The notes below the pieces were generated by a model. It saw only the letters and a list, made by a program, of their open reading frames with translations, was not told the origin of the DNA and did no database searches. A stretch of 64,000 nt of DNA, from the IMG/VR virus record IMGVR_UViG_3300025133_000034; one strand, 5' to 3'. Both the position numbers and the translations under genes were made by a program. Below, piece by piece: positions 29,449 to 39,060 of this stretch. How positions within the stretch are numbered: position 1 is the first letter of the stretch; the number at the start of each line of letters is the position of its first letter. The DNA comes from an uncultured virus (IMG/VR IMGVR_UViG_3300025133_000034) (taxonomy: Duplodnaviria; Heunggongvirae; Uroviricota; Caudoviricetes).

Positions 29449-32400
29449 CTAAATTAATGATCCTGTTATCCATCTATATTGCTTGTCTGTTCTTGGAATC
29501 ATATGAGAAACAAAGCCGTTATCATAGTACGATGCTGTAACGGCTGTCATAGAAGCGATATCCACATCTGAATCAGTAAGTTCTAATCTTTCAATATTAT
29601 TTCTATGAATTTTATGCTTTGATGCATCGCCAGACAGGGTATAGTCTGCAGCTTGAATAGTTCCTATAACTTCTGATCCATATACTCTAGCTGTTGTTGC
29701 GTCGTGCGTACTAACACCAAATTTACCGCAATGAGCTTGTAGCTGTGTATTATATACTTGTCGCATTGACATGTTTCTGAATGTCATTGCATTATACGCA
29801 GAATATGTTTCATGCGCGGGGTCCAAGAATCCACGAGATACAGTTTCATAACCGCCATGGGAAGTGAATCTAGACATTATTCTCGATCTATTTTTAACAG
29901 TTCCTGAAATATATGATCGATTTGGGAGGGTATAGTCAACATATGTGCCAGAAATAAACGACGTTGAACGGACAGTTCCAGGTGTTTGTTTTAGCAGGTC
30001 TTCTATCTTCGCGATAACCACTCTTTCTGATGATGTTACAGCAATTTGACTGGTATTCTTAACAAAAAATGGATCATTAGACTCTGGACTGATGGTATTA
30101 ACATATTCGTACCTATTAAGGAAATTTCCTGCTACTGTAGAGGTATTTGAAGCGTTTCCTGTCATGTGAATATTACGAATATTTACGGGACGCTTTGCGT
30201 ATTCTTGACGAGTGTGTATTGCGCTTGGTCTGTGGTGATTGTCATGAGTTGGACTAAATAATTTAAAGGAATCCTGTTTTGTTCCTGATCCCTTGTACAT
30301 AATAACATTATCAATCGCAATGTCGCCTTGTTGTGTGATGCCGGCAGTATAGAAAAATCTTATATAAAATCTTTTTCCAAGCCAATTGGCTAGCCCATTG
30401 CCATAAGTCGTGCTGGCTATATAGGCCCCCGAAAAAGTGTCAGAGCCGTTGGTGTGTTGCTGCCCAGAAAGAACAGTACTTTGGCCGCCGGAGGTGGACG
30501 CGTTCCAGTCAACCAACAGGTCCTCCACGCCTCTAGAAAAGTTTTTGTATCTACAGGCTTGTACTTTTAAACTCCCTATATGAAGTCCATACATTAAATA
30601 ACTGAAGGAAAGGGTCACGTTAGAGCCTGAATCAACTTCAGTTAAATCTATTAATGGAGTTACTATTCCGAATGTCTGTCCCACTTTAGAAGGCAATACC
30701 TCACAATACATGTATTTGCCAGAATTAGGGCCTGTACCTGCTGTAGCGGTCTGGCCACTTAGGAACGACCACTCATTATCTGCATTGACGCCATTTCTCC
30801 AATATTCATGCGGGCTTGGTTCTGTTTTTTTATCATCAAGAAGTCCGGTTGCGCTGGTGGGAGGCGCAGAGGTTCCCCAGGAGCCCATTGGGAGGTTTAG
30901 TACTTTGGTGTCTGTAGAAGGAGATGTTGTTGCCCGCCCAAAACCCTCATATAATATATATTCTATCGACCCTAAATTCAAAAACTCTTGTAAATGCCAG
31001 CCTTCTGGTCTCGTTAACGGGACATCAGGCCCCTCATTGAGGTCTATGTGTCTATGTTGCATCCCCCCAACGTACTTTTCAGCAAACGGCCCTTGCATTG
31101 GTATTTCTGCATCGAATCCATACTTGTCATCATGCATGTTGGTGAAATCAATTTTAAATTGATCAGCATATAAGCCTTGATAACCAGTATCAATTGAAGA
31201 AGAATATATACCAAATGGTAATAACAAATCTGCCTTCCCATCTGTTGAAAGCTGATCATTGATACCAGTCGCTGACCCATCAGAAGATGTAATTTGGTGG
31301 GCCGGCATGGTCAGGACTGTCATTTTAACGCGCTTCTTATTTGTTTCATCAGGAACAAACTTGTCATCACAGTCTTTCTTGGCTAATTCGTTGTCCATGT
31401 CTATAAAAATAAAGTCATCGTCACTGGCCCATTTCGTTACATTTTTATAAAAATCATGTTTTTGTTTGCGATGAGGATTAGACCCTCCTTTTAGTTTGAG
31501 AGTACGATTGGTTTCTAAGTCTATTACTCTCCTCAGGCTTCTGTTGGGGTAGTAGCTTTCTTGATATGCAGTACCATTGTCCATTAGTTTTGCGGTAGCA
31601 CCAGAAATTTCTGTAACTATGGTCTTCAAAATAACTGATTTATTTGAGTCAATATTTGTATCGCCAGAAGTCAGAACGTCGTCGCGGTCGGCTCTTTCTT
31701 TCCACCATAAACAATTCGTATTCTGATTGGTGTTTTGATCTGCACCTACTGGCGCATGGCCAACACGCCAATTATATTTCAGCTCTTCAATAGCGTGCAT
31801 AGTGCCAACAGGTTCTGGAATGTTAACTTCCATTGTAGGAAACTTATTCCAATATTTATTTCTTTCCAAAATATGACTTTCGACCATATTTCTTAATAAT
31901 TCTACTGTATTAGAAGAAACAGGTATAAGCTGTCCTATCATGATTGTTATTGCATCATCAATCCACTTAAAATATTCAATGAATTTTTCTAAATCAGGCT
32001 CATTTTCAACTCTTTCAAAGAATAATTCCCTAAGCTTCTCCATTCTTTTATAGTGAGGCCTATATCTGTTTAAGGGCTCACCGACCATGTTGTTGAAGTT
32101 CACAACAGTAGCAAAAAATCTTAACATTTCCTCAGACATAATCTGATACATACTTTTTTCTACTGACAATAAATGCTGTACATATGTTGTATCTCTGGTA
32201 AAGACAAGATCATCCTGCTTATTGAGGATTTTTACCATATCATCGCTGTTAGCGACTTCCGGAAGCTTTTGCTTGGCTGTCTGCACATATTCTACGTCAA
32301 CAGCCTGGTCTCTATAGCCAGAGGCAGAAACGAAATCATATCCTGTAGCAGGATAATTACGCTTACTTATGTTACTGAACCATCCATATCTCTCATTAGC

Positions 32401-35283
32401 AACGTCTGTTGCCGAGCCGGATGTATAATCCGGTATCATAAATTGTCCACTAGCATCTGAGCCAGTTACATTGTCCAGGCCCCAATGAAAGAGCAATGTA
32501 TCAATTTGTGGTATAAATTTATCAAATAATTGCTTATTACTAACAGTCAAATTAGAAGATTTATATGGATTCAAAACTCCGTAACTATTAGCATTTTTAG
32601 CATGAGCGCGGATGGTCTCGTTATCTAAATAATCGTACCACATTCTAGTGGAAGAGACTTTTACATCAGAATATGCTATAGTGCTGCCGGTAAAATTATT
32701 TCTGGCTGCACCCATAAACACTCTTTTATTTTTAGTAAAATATTTAGATGCATCGGTCAAACTCATGGTACCAGATATAGTAAATTCATTTTGTAAAATA
32801 TTAGAAACGTAATTAACACCATAAAACTCATAAGTATATGCCGAACCAGAACTTAGAAGGCTGCCACTAATTAAGTTTGCCAAGGGGGATTTTGTAGGCC
32901 GGAGCCTAAATGCTAAATTCCACTTTTCGTTGTCGTATACTCTATTATACGTGTCAGTAGAAAAGGCATCTGATATAATATTGCTTGACCCCGAAGTAAT
33001 TATACCAAATTTAACACTTCTTTTATCATTATCAGGTCTGGTGGCGACAATATTAAAATTAATTTTATCATCCGGATCACAAGTTAAATCCGTATTAGAT
33101 GCTACTACAGCATGCAGACCGATTATAGAAGAAGTTGAATAAGGTAAAATATTAAAATGTTTATCGCCTAGTTCCTTTTTTGGAAAAATAACTTCTGTTT
33201 CTAGCGTTAAAGAAGACCCAGACATAGAAGCAGATGGGATCCCAGGCACATAAGATATAGAATTTGAATCTGCAGATGCGGTCTGAAAGGCAGTTGCAGT
33301 AAAAGAGTTTGCATAACCGCCATTTGCGCCATATCTTGTCTCTGAATCATCAAAGTCTAAATATTTTTTACGTACAGCTATGTTGGTATGATTATTTTTA
33401 AATTCATATGTGTCGTCGTTGGTATAAATATTTAATTTAATTAATTCTTCATCTACACCAAAACATCTCAAAAAATTACGTAATGACTTGAAAGTCCCTT
33501 TGGATTTTTGTATATAAGATAAATTATTGTATATGTTATGATATATTATGTTTTTTACTTCATATAATTTTCTTTCAAACAGCTGTTTCTCATCCCTCTC
33601 AAGATATTTAGCTAGAGCAGAAGCATGGGCAAAAAGCTCCGGAGGGTCAAACCCCCTAGTGGTGAGAAGTCTTTCTGCAAATGGTAATGTTTTTTCATAT
33701 TTTTTGTCTTCTGGGTAATTTATATCTTTTAAACGAGGCAATTCTTGTATTTGCAGATATAAATCGTCAAAATAGCTAGCAATTATTTGAGTCAAGTATT
33801 TTAACTCATTAGATTCTTTTTCATCTTCTTCCATAATCCACCCTGGCAAAGAGCGGTATAATGAAACTGAATTTTCATGATCGTGGAAAGAGCCACTTAG
33901 TTTTTTACTAGTATATAAAGAAGAGACTTCAGGATGAGAGGAATAAATAATTGGATCTTTAAATTCTTTTGTTGCAGCTTGCGATATAACAATAGCGGAC
34001 CCGGTGTTTCGTGATTCTGAAGAATTATAATTTACAAAAGTTCCGTTAGATATCCTACCAGAATAATCTAATATTGTGGCATCAGTCGTAGAGTTTCCAG
34101 TTATGCCCTCATTAAATTTATAGTAGACACCAAGGTCAACAAAGTTTGATACATCATCATATTTTACATTATCAGTATTTGTACCTCCGCCTATTTGATC
34201 TCGCCAGTATCTGCCTATCTGTTGACCGTCTCTTTCTGTTTTCCAATATCTGAATTCATCGAAAGAGGCAGAAACAATATTACCCCAACCTAAATCACCA
34301 TATTGAGCGCTACCACGTTCGTCAGGTTGGCAAAGAGCACCAAGAGCTGCTATCATTGTTCCACCAATAGCATTGATTGTTTCATTATCTTCTTTTGTTG
34401 ATTTGTGTACACCATCGACATATAGATTGGATACTGTACTAGTTCCTTGTGTTTTGGCTGTAAAGGCGTAATGGTGCCAGGTGCTATCAGCTATAAGTGT
34501 TGCAGATCCAACATTGTGTGTAAAAAGTAACTGAGTTGAGCCGGAAAGAATTTCAAAATCGACGTTTTGAGGATTGCTGCTTCCTCTGGACGATATTCTT
34601 AATTGCTGGCCATATGCTTCTCCAGTCGAGCCAGACTTTGCTAAGTGAAAAAAGTTTTCTGTTTTGGTTGTGTCTGTTGATGCCCAGCCGTCTTTTTTCA
34701 TCCAAAATTCTATAGTGACACCCTTGTCTAGATCAAGCTCTAAATTGTTTGTTCTTTGGCTACCTGTGTGATATATATTAGCTTTTGATATACCACTTTT
34801 TGATGGGCCGGCAGAAAAATCACTCTTGTAGTCACCGCCTGGATCCGCGTGAGGGCCACCTTTTATAAAAATATATTGCGGGGCGCTACTGCTATAAATA
34901 TTAAGTTCTTGTGTGCTAGTATATGTGTTGGAGCCACTATTAAAAGTTACAAATCCGTTAGTTCTTGGATATTCGTTTTCAAATATGAAAAGGTCTAAAT
35001 AGGTACTTTCATTTTCCCATTCAATTTTCTCTGCTTGCGAGCCATCATAAGGATATGTTTGATAAATACGTTTAATCGCAGTATCATAGTATTCTTCAGC
35101 TAAACCGAAGCGGGCAAAATTAGAAGCGGTGCCTAAATCTATATCAGGTACAAATCGATCGCGTTTATTCGAATAAGAATCAATATATCTAAATGATTCT
35201 ACCTCTTCTCTAAGAGTATCCCGTGTATGATTCTTTAGAAGCTTCGTAGAATAACCTTTGTTAAACAGATCTTTAATACCCAT
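29449..35283 (-). CDS. Baseplate wedge (gp7/P2 gpI-like) protein with LamG-like lectin domains and a MAM-like domain, 1944 aa
   Basis: LamG motifs VTIEFWMK, DSTWHHYAFT, LYVDG and FDEFRYW. Wedge motif KSKGTFKSLRNFLRCFG. MAM-like motifs GTGP..GKYMYCE, TPLIDL, LSFSYLMYGLHIGSLKV and GDIAIDNV. Confidence 0.7.
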   Translation of the reverse strand: MGIKDLFNKGYSTKLLKNHTRDTLREEVESFRYIDSYSNKRDRFVPDIDLGTASNFARFGLAEEYYDTAIKRIYQTYPYDGSQAEKIEWENESTYLDLFIFENEYPRTNGFVTFNSGSNTYTSTQELNIYSSSAPQYIFIKGGPHADPGGDYKSDFSAGPSKSGISKANIYHTGSQRTNNLELDLDKGVTIEFWMKKDGWASTDTTKTENFFHLAKSGSTGEAYGQQLRISSRGSSNPQNVDFEILSGSTQLLFTHNVGSATLIADSTWHHYAFTAKTQGTSTVSNLYVDGVHKSTKEDNETINAIGGTMIAALGALCQPDERGSAQYGDLGWGNIVSASFDEFRYWKTERDGQQIGRYWRDQIGGGTNTDNVKYDDVSNFVDLGVYYKFNEGITGNSTTDATILDYSGRISNGTFVNYNSSESRNTGSAIVISQAATKEFKDPIIYSSHPEVSSLYTSKKLSGSFHDHENSVSLYRSLPGWIMEEDEKESNELKYLTQIIASYFDDLYLQIQELPRLKDINYPEDKKYEKTLPFAERLLTTRGFDPPELFAHASALAKYLERDEKQLFERKLYEVKNIIYHNIYNNLSYIQKSKGTFKSLRNFLRCFGVDEELIKLNIYTNDDTYEFKNNHTNIAVRKKYLDFDDSETRYGANGGYANSFTATAFQTASADSNSISYVPGIPSASMSGSSLTLETEVIFPKKELGDKHFNILPYSTSSIIGLHAVVASNTDLTCDPDDKINFNIVATRPDNDKRSVKFGIITSGSSNIISDAFSTDTYNRVYDNEKWNLAFRLRPTKSPLANLISGSLLSSGSAYTYEFYGVNYVSNILQNEFTISGTMSLTDASKYFTKNKRVFMGAARNNFTGSTIAYSDVKVSSTRMWYDYLDNETIRAHAKNANSYGVLNPYKSSNLTVSNKQLFDKFIPQIDTLLFHWGLDNVTGSDASGQFMIPDYTSGSATDVANERYGWFSNISKRNYPATGYDFVSASGYRDQAVDVEYVQTAKQKLPEVANSDDMVKILNKQDDLVFTRDTTYVQHLLSVEKSMYQIMSEEMLRFFATVVNFNNMVGEPLNRYRPHYKRMEKLRELFFERVENEPDLEKFIEYFKWIDDAITIMIGQLIPVSSNTVELLRNMVESHILERNKYWNKFPTMEVNIPEPVGTMHAIEELKYNWRVGHAPVGADQNTNQNTNCLWWKERADRDDVLTSGDTNIDSNKSVILKTIVTEISGATAKLMDNGTAYQESYYPNRSLRRVIDLETNRTLKLKGGSNPHRKQKHDFYKNVTKWASDDDFIFIDMDNELAKKDCDDKFVPDETNKKRVKMTVLTMPAHQITSSDGSATGINDQLSTDGKADLLLPFGIYSSSIDTGYQGLYADQFKIDFTNMHDDKYGFDAEIPMQGPFAEKYVGGMQHRHIDLNEGPDVPLTRPEGWHLQEFLNLGSIEYILYEGFGRATTSPSTDTKVLNLPMGSWGTSAPPTSATGLLDDKKTEPSPHEYWRNGVNADNEWSFLSGQTATAGTGPNSGKYMYCEVLPSKVGQTFGIVTPLIDLTEVDSGSNVTLSFSYLMYGLHIGSLKVQACRYKNFSRGVEDLLVDWNASTSGGQSTVLSGQQHTNGSDTFSGAYIASTTYGNGLANWLGKRFYIRFFYTAGITQQGDIAIDNVIMYKGSGTKQDSFKLFSPTHDNHHRPSAIHTRQEYAKRPVNIRNIHMTGNASNTSTVAGNFLNRYEYVNTISPESNDPFFVKNTSQIAVTSSERVVIAKIEDLLKQTPGTVRSTSFISGTYVDYTLPNRSYISGTVKNRSRIMSRFTSHGGYETVSRGFLDPAHETYSAYNAMTFRNMSMRQVYNTQLQAHCGKFGVSTHDATTARVYGSEVIGTIQAADYTLSGDASKHKIHRNNIERLELTDSDVDIASMTAVTASYYDNGFVSHMIPRTDKQYRWITGSLI

Positions 35284-35304
35284 AAAAAATTCCCAACTAT
35301 ATTA

Positions 35305-36852
35305 TTAATTATTCTCGACTCTAAATTTATACACCTTCTTGGACTCCCTCCAATCATCTGAAGTATGAAAAGCAAACTTAATGCCGTACATGTAGCCAGG
35401 TTCTAGCAAAGACATATCTAAGTCGAAATAACTACCAGATACATCATACGAAAGGAATGTATGGTAGTCTGAGCTTCCTGTAGAATTCTGTATAACAGTT
35501 CTTTCATCTACCATGCGCAGGACCTCGAACGAAGCGCTAGGAATAATAACTCCTTGTAATTCAGAATTAGCAACATTATATATTGTTGGGCTAGTATTAC
35601 GCTCTCTTATAAAGACCCTGAACCGCGGGTTTTCATCTTTAGTATATGCCGATTTTAAATTTGTTATTTTTGTTTCGTATTGGGGCGCCGAATTCCAGCC
35701 CGGAGATGTTAAAGATACTGGAGAAATCGAACCAGTAAAGTATTCATTGCCGATGCTTCCAGACCATACATCATATATTGTCTTTAAACTAGTTGATCCC
35801 GTAAAAGCAAAAGAAGCAGAATATATTCCAGTTGAAACATATCCGCCGGTCACGGTGAGATCACCATTGGCTGGTACACCTCCGCCGGCACTTAAAGCCA
35901 GTTTAGAGCCAGAAGGGGCGGTATTGTTGGCAGAGCCAGAATATATGCTCAAAAAAAGCTGGCCAGTGCCAACATCTGGTATGTTTCTTAACTGTCCTCT
36001 TACATAATTGTAAAGATAAACTGTATTTAAATTATCCTGCGCAGGCGCCAAAGAGCTGCTGTAATAAAAATTGCCTCTGTCGTCAGATTTTCTAGAATCC
36101 CAGCGCGCTTCAATCGCAGGCTTCTTGAAAAAATATTCACTTGACCTAGAGAAGAATCTTTTTGTATATGTGCTCTTTCTTGCACCATCTGTGTTTTGTG
36201 GTACGCCTGATTCAGCTGTTGCAACATATGCTTCGAAACTTGAAGTTAAATGTATGCCAAATCCATAATTTTCTTGTGTCGACGCGATCCATTCTTCAAC
36301 AGCAGATGTTACGTCAACAAGAAGATCTTCGTGCCCCTCATTAAAAGTAAAAGTATAATTAGGCATTGTCTCGTCGGCCACGTAAGACGAAGAGTGATAT
36401 ACACCGCCTTGGGCGCCCCAGCTAGCAACAGGATTTGAGTTTCTGTTAACCCAATTAGAGCCCTCAATATTATCCTTTGTCTTATCAGTATAGCTCTCCA
36501 TATCTAAACCATGGCCTTCTTGCCACGATTGAGACACAGCTAACACATTTACAGTAAAATTCTTAGGAAGCTGTTCTGAATGTCTAGCATTAAACATTCT
36601 TAAATAAAAGCTTACACTACCTGATGCAGGAATGGTACCAGCGAGTCTGTCAGAAGATATAGTACTTATGGGAAATTGTACCAATATACGAGATGATTCC
36701 GCAGATGAGGTTGTCTGTTGCCCATAAATTGAAAACGTCTCAAGTATATCAGCGGCGCCCATATTTGAACCGGTGGCGCGGGTAGAGAGATCCACGCCAT
36801 AAGCATTTGTAATAGTATTGTCCTTATTAGCAATATATTTTTTTATACCCAT
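35305..36852 (-). CDS. Virion protein with a DNRLRE/CBM96-like domain and Ig-like C-terminal modules
   Basis: SRILVQF, VLAVSQSWQEG, VDVTSAVEEW, NYGFGI and FFSRSSE...PAIEARW match the DNRLRE pattern. Confidence 0.6.
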   Translation of the reverse strand: MGIKKYIANKDNTITNAYGVDLSTRATGSNMGAADILETFSIYGQQTTSSAESSRILVQFPISTISSDRLAGTIPASGSVSFYLRMFNARHSEQLPKNFTVNVLAVSQSWQEGHGLDMESYTDKTKDNIEGSNWVNRNSNPVASWGAQGGVYHSSSYVADETMPNYTFTFNEGHEDLLVDVTSAVEEWIASTQENYGFGIHLTSSFEAYVATAESGVPQNTDGARKSTYTKRFFSRSSEYFFKKPAIEARWDSRKSDDRGNFYYSSSLAPAQDNLNTVYLYNYVRGQLRNIPDVGTGQLFLSIYSGSANNTAPSGSKLALSAGGGVPANGDLTVTGGYVSTGIYSASFAFTGSTSLKTIYDVWSGSIGNEYFTGSISPVSLTSPGWNSAPQYETKITNLKSAYTKDENPRFRVFIRERNTSPTIYNVANSELQGVIIPSASFEVLRMVDERTVIQNSTGSSDYHTFLSYDVSGSYFDLDMSLLEPGYMYGIKFAFHTSDDWRESKKVYKFRVENN

Positions 36853-38648
36853 TATTTAATAGTTCCTTTAATATCAGTATTTGGATATTTTAACTCGTAA
36901 ATAACATTTTGAGGCGCGTATAAAATCCTTCCGTCACTGGAGATCCAATCTTTAATATTTAAAGTTTCATCAGAATATAGGCCACCACTTTTATTTGTTA
37001 TTTTAACGCTTGCTATATCGACTATTTCTTCTGTGTTATTCAGAATGTCATATATTTTAGTAATATATATCGGTTGATTGATGTCCATCTGTTCTCTAAA
37101 CATTTTTTGCACTTCTGTTATTGCAATATTTAGGGCCTCAAATTTATCTTGTGAATAATCTACTACAGCAACAAAATCAATATGAATATTAATAATTCTT
37201 GGATCTAAGATATCTATCGTATCATTAATCATTTTATATTGATTTATCCACGTCTTAACGTTGTTTTTTAACACCTGATTACTATTAATCACATGGCCAT
37301 TAGAGTTTTCCGACAATAAATAAAGATTTAAATTACGTTTAAAAGAATCATGATCGCGATAAATCTTTGCTCTCTTAATCTTACCAAATTTTGATGGCAT
37401 TCGATAAACTAAGGCTTCGTAGTCGTCTGCAGTTACCGCACGATTTTGCGTAGAAAAAGTATCGTTAATTCTTTGTTTTAATTCGCTGACAGTGGGCAAG
37501 CTAGTATCACCAATTATAGGTTCCTCGTTTACCACCTCTAAGCTGTCCCTAACAAAATCAATTCTAGAGCTTACTGTAGCATCCGATCCAAAAAGTAATA
37601 TTGGATCTATAACGTTAGTCATAGTACGAGAAGCTAGATTGACATTCTCGCGCGAGTTGGTCCGGTATGTGACAGTTATAATGGTGTTCGCTGGAGCAAT
37701 ACCAAACTTATCTGATTCAACCAATTTTGAAGGGTCAAAAGAAGTGTCTTGCTCGTAGTCCTTGCCATGCATCTTAAGTATTACGTTTGAGGGGTGAGAA
37801 AGATTATCAATCTTTAAAGAAGACTCAGAACCATAACCAAATTTAATGTGAGCTGATCCATCCTTGTTTGTTACGACGAATCTTCTAGGAACTGAGGTTG
37901 TTACAATAATATCTGGTACATACTCACGCGTGAGGGGGTCTTTATTGACAACACTTCTAAAAACAGTATCTTGAGAAAGATAATCTACTTCAAAATATTC
38001 ATGGCCTTCAGTGTCAACAACAGAAACAATCTCAGAAATATTTGGATCTGCAAGCGTTAATGTTAAAAACCTAGAAAAAGAGCCTATAGTAAATTCTTCT
38101 TTCTCTTCTCTACCTGATATGACGCGTCCATAAGTTTTTACTGCATATGCTGTGGGTGCACCGTCACCAGTATTGGAGGTTGCTACTACAATTTCATTGT
38201 TAGGGTTGCCAAAATCAACATCTTCTATTAAAGTAAACACTTCTCCTCCGTCAGCAGAAAATTTAGTCCCATTGGCTAAAATTGGCAGATAGTCAGTATC
38301 GGGCCCTACTCCATTTGCGTCGACAGGCGCCAGTATATATAACGAAACCAATCCAAAAGAATTAGGACGCAAGGGTTGTTTATAACCAACTTGTTCTCCT
38401 AGTTTTAGAATGTTATTGTATTCGATCGCAGTATTTAAAAAAGACTCGTTAGTTTGATAGTCTAAGTAAAAAGATAAAATATCTCCTGCATATGCAACAG
38501 TATCTAACATCAATGAGCCAAAAGAAGCTTCAGAAAAATCTCTAAAAACATCCGGATAGTACCTCTTTGTGTATTGAACAAGAGAGTCTTTTATTGAGCT
38601 AAAATCTCTGTCTGTATATTTTATTAATTTTTTGTCTTTTTTAGTCAT
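36852..38648 (-). CDS. gp6: Baseplate wedge subunit (T4 gp6 / baseplate J-like)
   Basis: YTDRDFSSIKDSL, DFSEASFGSLMLDTVAYAGDILSFYLD and QNRAVTADDYE; adjacent to gp25. Confidence 0.9.
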   Translation of the reverse strand: MTKKDKKLIKYTDRDFSSIKDSLVQYTKRYYPDVFRDFSEASFGSLMLDTVAYAGDILSFYLDYQTNESFLNTAIEYNNILKLGEQVGYKQPLRPNSFGLVSLYILAPVDANGVGPDTDYLPILANGTKFSADGGEVFTLIEDVDFGNPNNEIVVATSNTGDGAPTAYAVKTYGRVISGREEKEEFTIGSFSRFLTLTLADPNISEIVSVVDTEGHEYFEVDYLSQDTVFRSVVNKDPLTREYVPDIIVTTSVPRRFVVTNKDGSAHIKFGYGSESSLKIDNLSHPSNVILKMHGKDYEQDTSFDPSKLVESDKFGIAPANTIITVTYRTNSRENVNLASRTMTNVIDPILLFGSDATVSSRIDFVRDSLEVVNEEPIIGDTSLPTVSELKQRINDTFSTQNRAVTADDYEALVYRMPSKFGKIKRAKIYRDHDSFKRNLNLYLLSENSNGHVINSNQVLKNNVKTWINQYKMINDTIDILDPRIINIHIDFVAVVDYSQDKFEALNIAITEVQKMFREQMDINQPIYITKIYDILNNTEEIVDIASVKITNKSGGLYSDETLNIKDWISSDGRILYAPQNVIYELKYPNTDIKGTIK

Positions 38649-38651
38649 TGT

Positions 38652-39050
38652 CTAGTTGATATCCTCTCTCTCTAAAATAATAGAAGTATTTATGCCCATA
38701 CTAGGAACATCGTATACTATTTTTATTGATAAAGTATGTGTTTCCTCTCGTAAAGCTGATTCCTCATTTCCAGAATTAAAATTAATCTGTTTTATCCTAA
38801 TATAAGGCAGATATTTAGAAGTTTGATGTTCAATTCTTTGCCTGATTTGTGGTATTAAGGTATTTCTAGGTTCAAATAAAAATCTCCTAAGGCCCACACC
38901 AAAATCCGGGTTCATCATTCTTTCGCCAGGAGAAGTTAAAAGCAAATTTTTAAAATTTTGCTGAACCTCTTTTTTGTAAGAGGTTATAAGAGCGAATGCC
39001 CCGTGCTTAATATCTCTATGAAGTGGTAATTCTGGTCCTATTCCGTTCAC
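38652..39050 (-). CDS. gp25: Baseplate wedge subunit / sheath initiator (gp25/GPW family)
   Basis: QNFKNLLLTSPGERMMNPDFGVGLRRFLFE...YLPYIRI; GTG start. Confidence 0.92.
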   Translation of the reverse strand: MNGIGPELPLHRDIKHGAFALITSYKKEVQQNFKNLLLTSPGERMMNPDFGVGLRRFLFEPRNTLIPQIRQRIEHQTSKYLPYIRIKQINFNSGNEESALREETHTLSIKIVYDVPSMGINTSIILEREDIN

Positions 39051-39060
39051 TTTCTACCCT

